Assembly: GCA_030141605.1 (NCBI GenBank)
Contig: JAQGDQ010000049.1
Span: 434,001-498,000 of the forward strand
Length of the DNA stretch: 64,000 nucleotides
DNA from: Tubiluchus corallicola
Taxonomy: Eukaryota; Animalia; Priapulida
Direction: 5' to 3'
Shown: positions 62,881-64,000 of the stretch, piece after piece
Numbering within the stretch: the stretch's first letter is position 1
How the letters are laid out: every line of letters starts with the position of its first letter
Made by a program: the position numbers and the translations under genes
Notes under the pieces: model-generated
The model's database searches: none
Told to the model about the DNA's origin: nothing
Seen by the model: the letters and a program-made list of their open reading frames with translations, nothing else

Positions 62881-64000
62881 ATACAGTGGTTTTATACATA
62901 TCTATAACAAAACAAACTAGATGGAGATAAATTTTTAGCTATTATGCTATAGATGCACTTTCAATAACTTTAATGGAATAAAACTATGAAAAGAAGAAAG
63001 AACGGGCTTTGTCATTATCGTTTGAGTTGCAGCTGCAAGTGGCTCATAAAGAAACTAATATAAGATATCGAAAAACTCAAAGTACTGTTGTCCTTAGTCT
63101 TTAGAGAGATTTAACACATTAAAAGGAAAGGAAGATACTTAAAGCAGGTAAATAATAAAAAAAATCAAGAGAGCTTTCTTTCTACACATAGATGTAATAT
63201 AATAAACCACAGATGCATCAAAATGATGCTAACTGATATCACTCCTTCTGACTTCTAAATGACATCGAATGTTTTACACAAGGTGCTGTACCAAAACCAG
63301 GGCAGTTGCCTAGGGTTCCAAAATTTTGGGGTGGCCAAATTCTGAAATAATTCTTTAAATGAACTACTTACATTATTTTCCTTTCAAGTTATAAAATTAA
63401 AATTCATCAGTGCTAGCAAGTGTCTTCCCGCACCAAAACACTCTATTTTGCTTTATCTGGTTTCCCAAGAATACACACGGTTTCTATTTAACCCGCTTTT
63501 TATGCGCAGTTTCGATCGTATGCATAGAGCTGCAGAACCAAGGATTAGCTTATTGTAATAATATTTCCGATAATAACGTTTCTTACAATAGCATTTATCT
63601 AATAATGGCAGATAAATCTATAAGAATCGAAGTCTTCATGGAATGCGAGTGGAATACAGGAAATGAAGGGTAAAAAAGGCTAGCGAATGGCGACATTGAA
63701 CAGCAAAAAGAATCTCTAATGACATATTAATTTTCTAACCAGACCAGCGTTATGGCTGTGAAGGTGGTGAAACTAGTAAAGTGGATGAAATGGATGATGA
63801 AGGCTGATGGTAAAGCTTGCCAAGAATAGCAGAAATTTGATTGCTCCTGAAATCCCAGGACATGGAGTCATAAATTCAATTTCAAATTCACTCAACACAA
63901 GCTGTAGATAAGTAATTAACTACACTTAATTAGTACACCATAATACATGTATAAGCATCACACACAGGTACCATTATAATTTATTATAATGTTACACAAT

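Overview
AT-rich, intron-dominated DNA from an animal genome, most likely an invertebrate (inference). The + strand carries the 3' half of a dystrobrevin gene (DTNA/DTNB/Dyb family). I could assemble ten GT-AG exons from 901 to 56413 that join in one frame (1383 nt, 460 aa plus stop). They cover the post-ZZ linker, the syntrophin-binding site (DEEHRLIARYAARLAA), the coiled coils and a long acidic, Tyr-repeat tail ending WEDSTKRWVNR*. The - strand at the right end carries several 3' exons of a convergent gene resembling RSPH10B (radial spoke head 10). Introns and intergenic DNA contain an RTE-like LINE relic, a pogo-family deletion derivative with a hAT-type MITE nested in it, Kolobok-like and Harbinger-like MITEs, a three-copy TTAGGG-containing MITE family, tandem duplications and microsatellites. 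I found no tRNA, rRNA or CRISPR features, and I cannot claim a wholly new biological system. The best lead is a set of unannotated, phase-compatible cassette exons, microexons and alternative last exons hidden in the three very large dystrobrevin introns. Two of these introns sit where vertebrate alpha-dystrobrevin is alternatively spliced. These exons are predictions and need RNA-seq.
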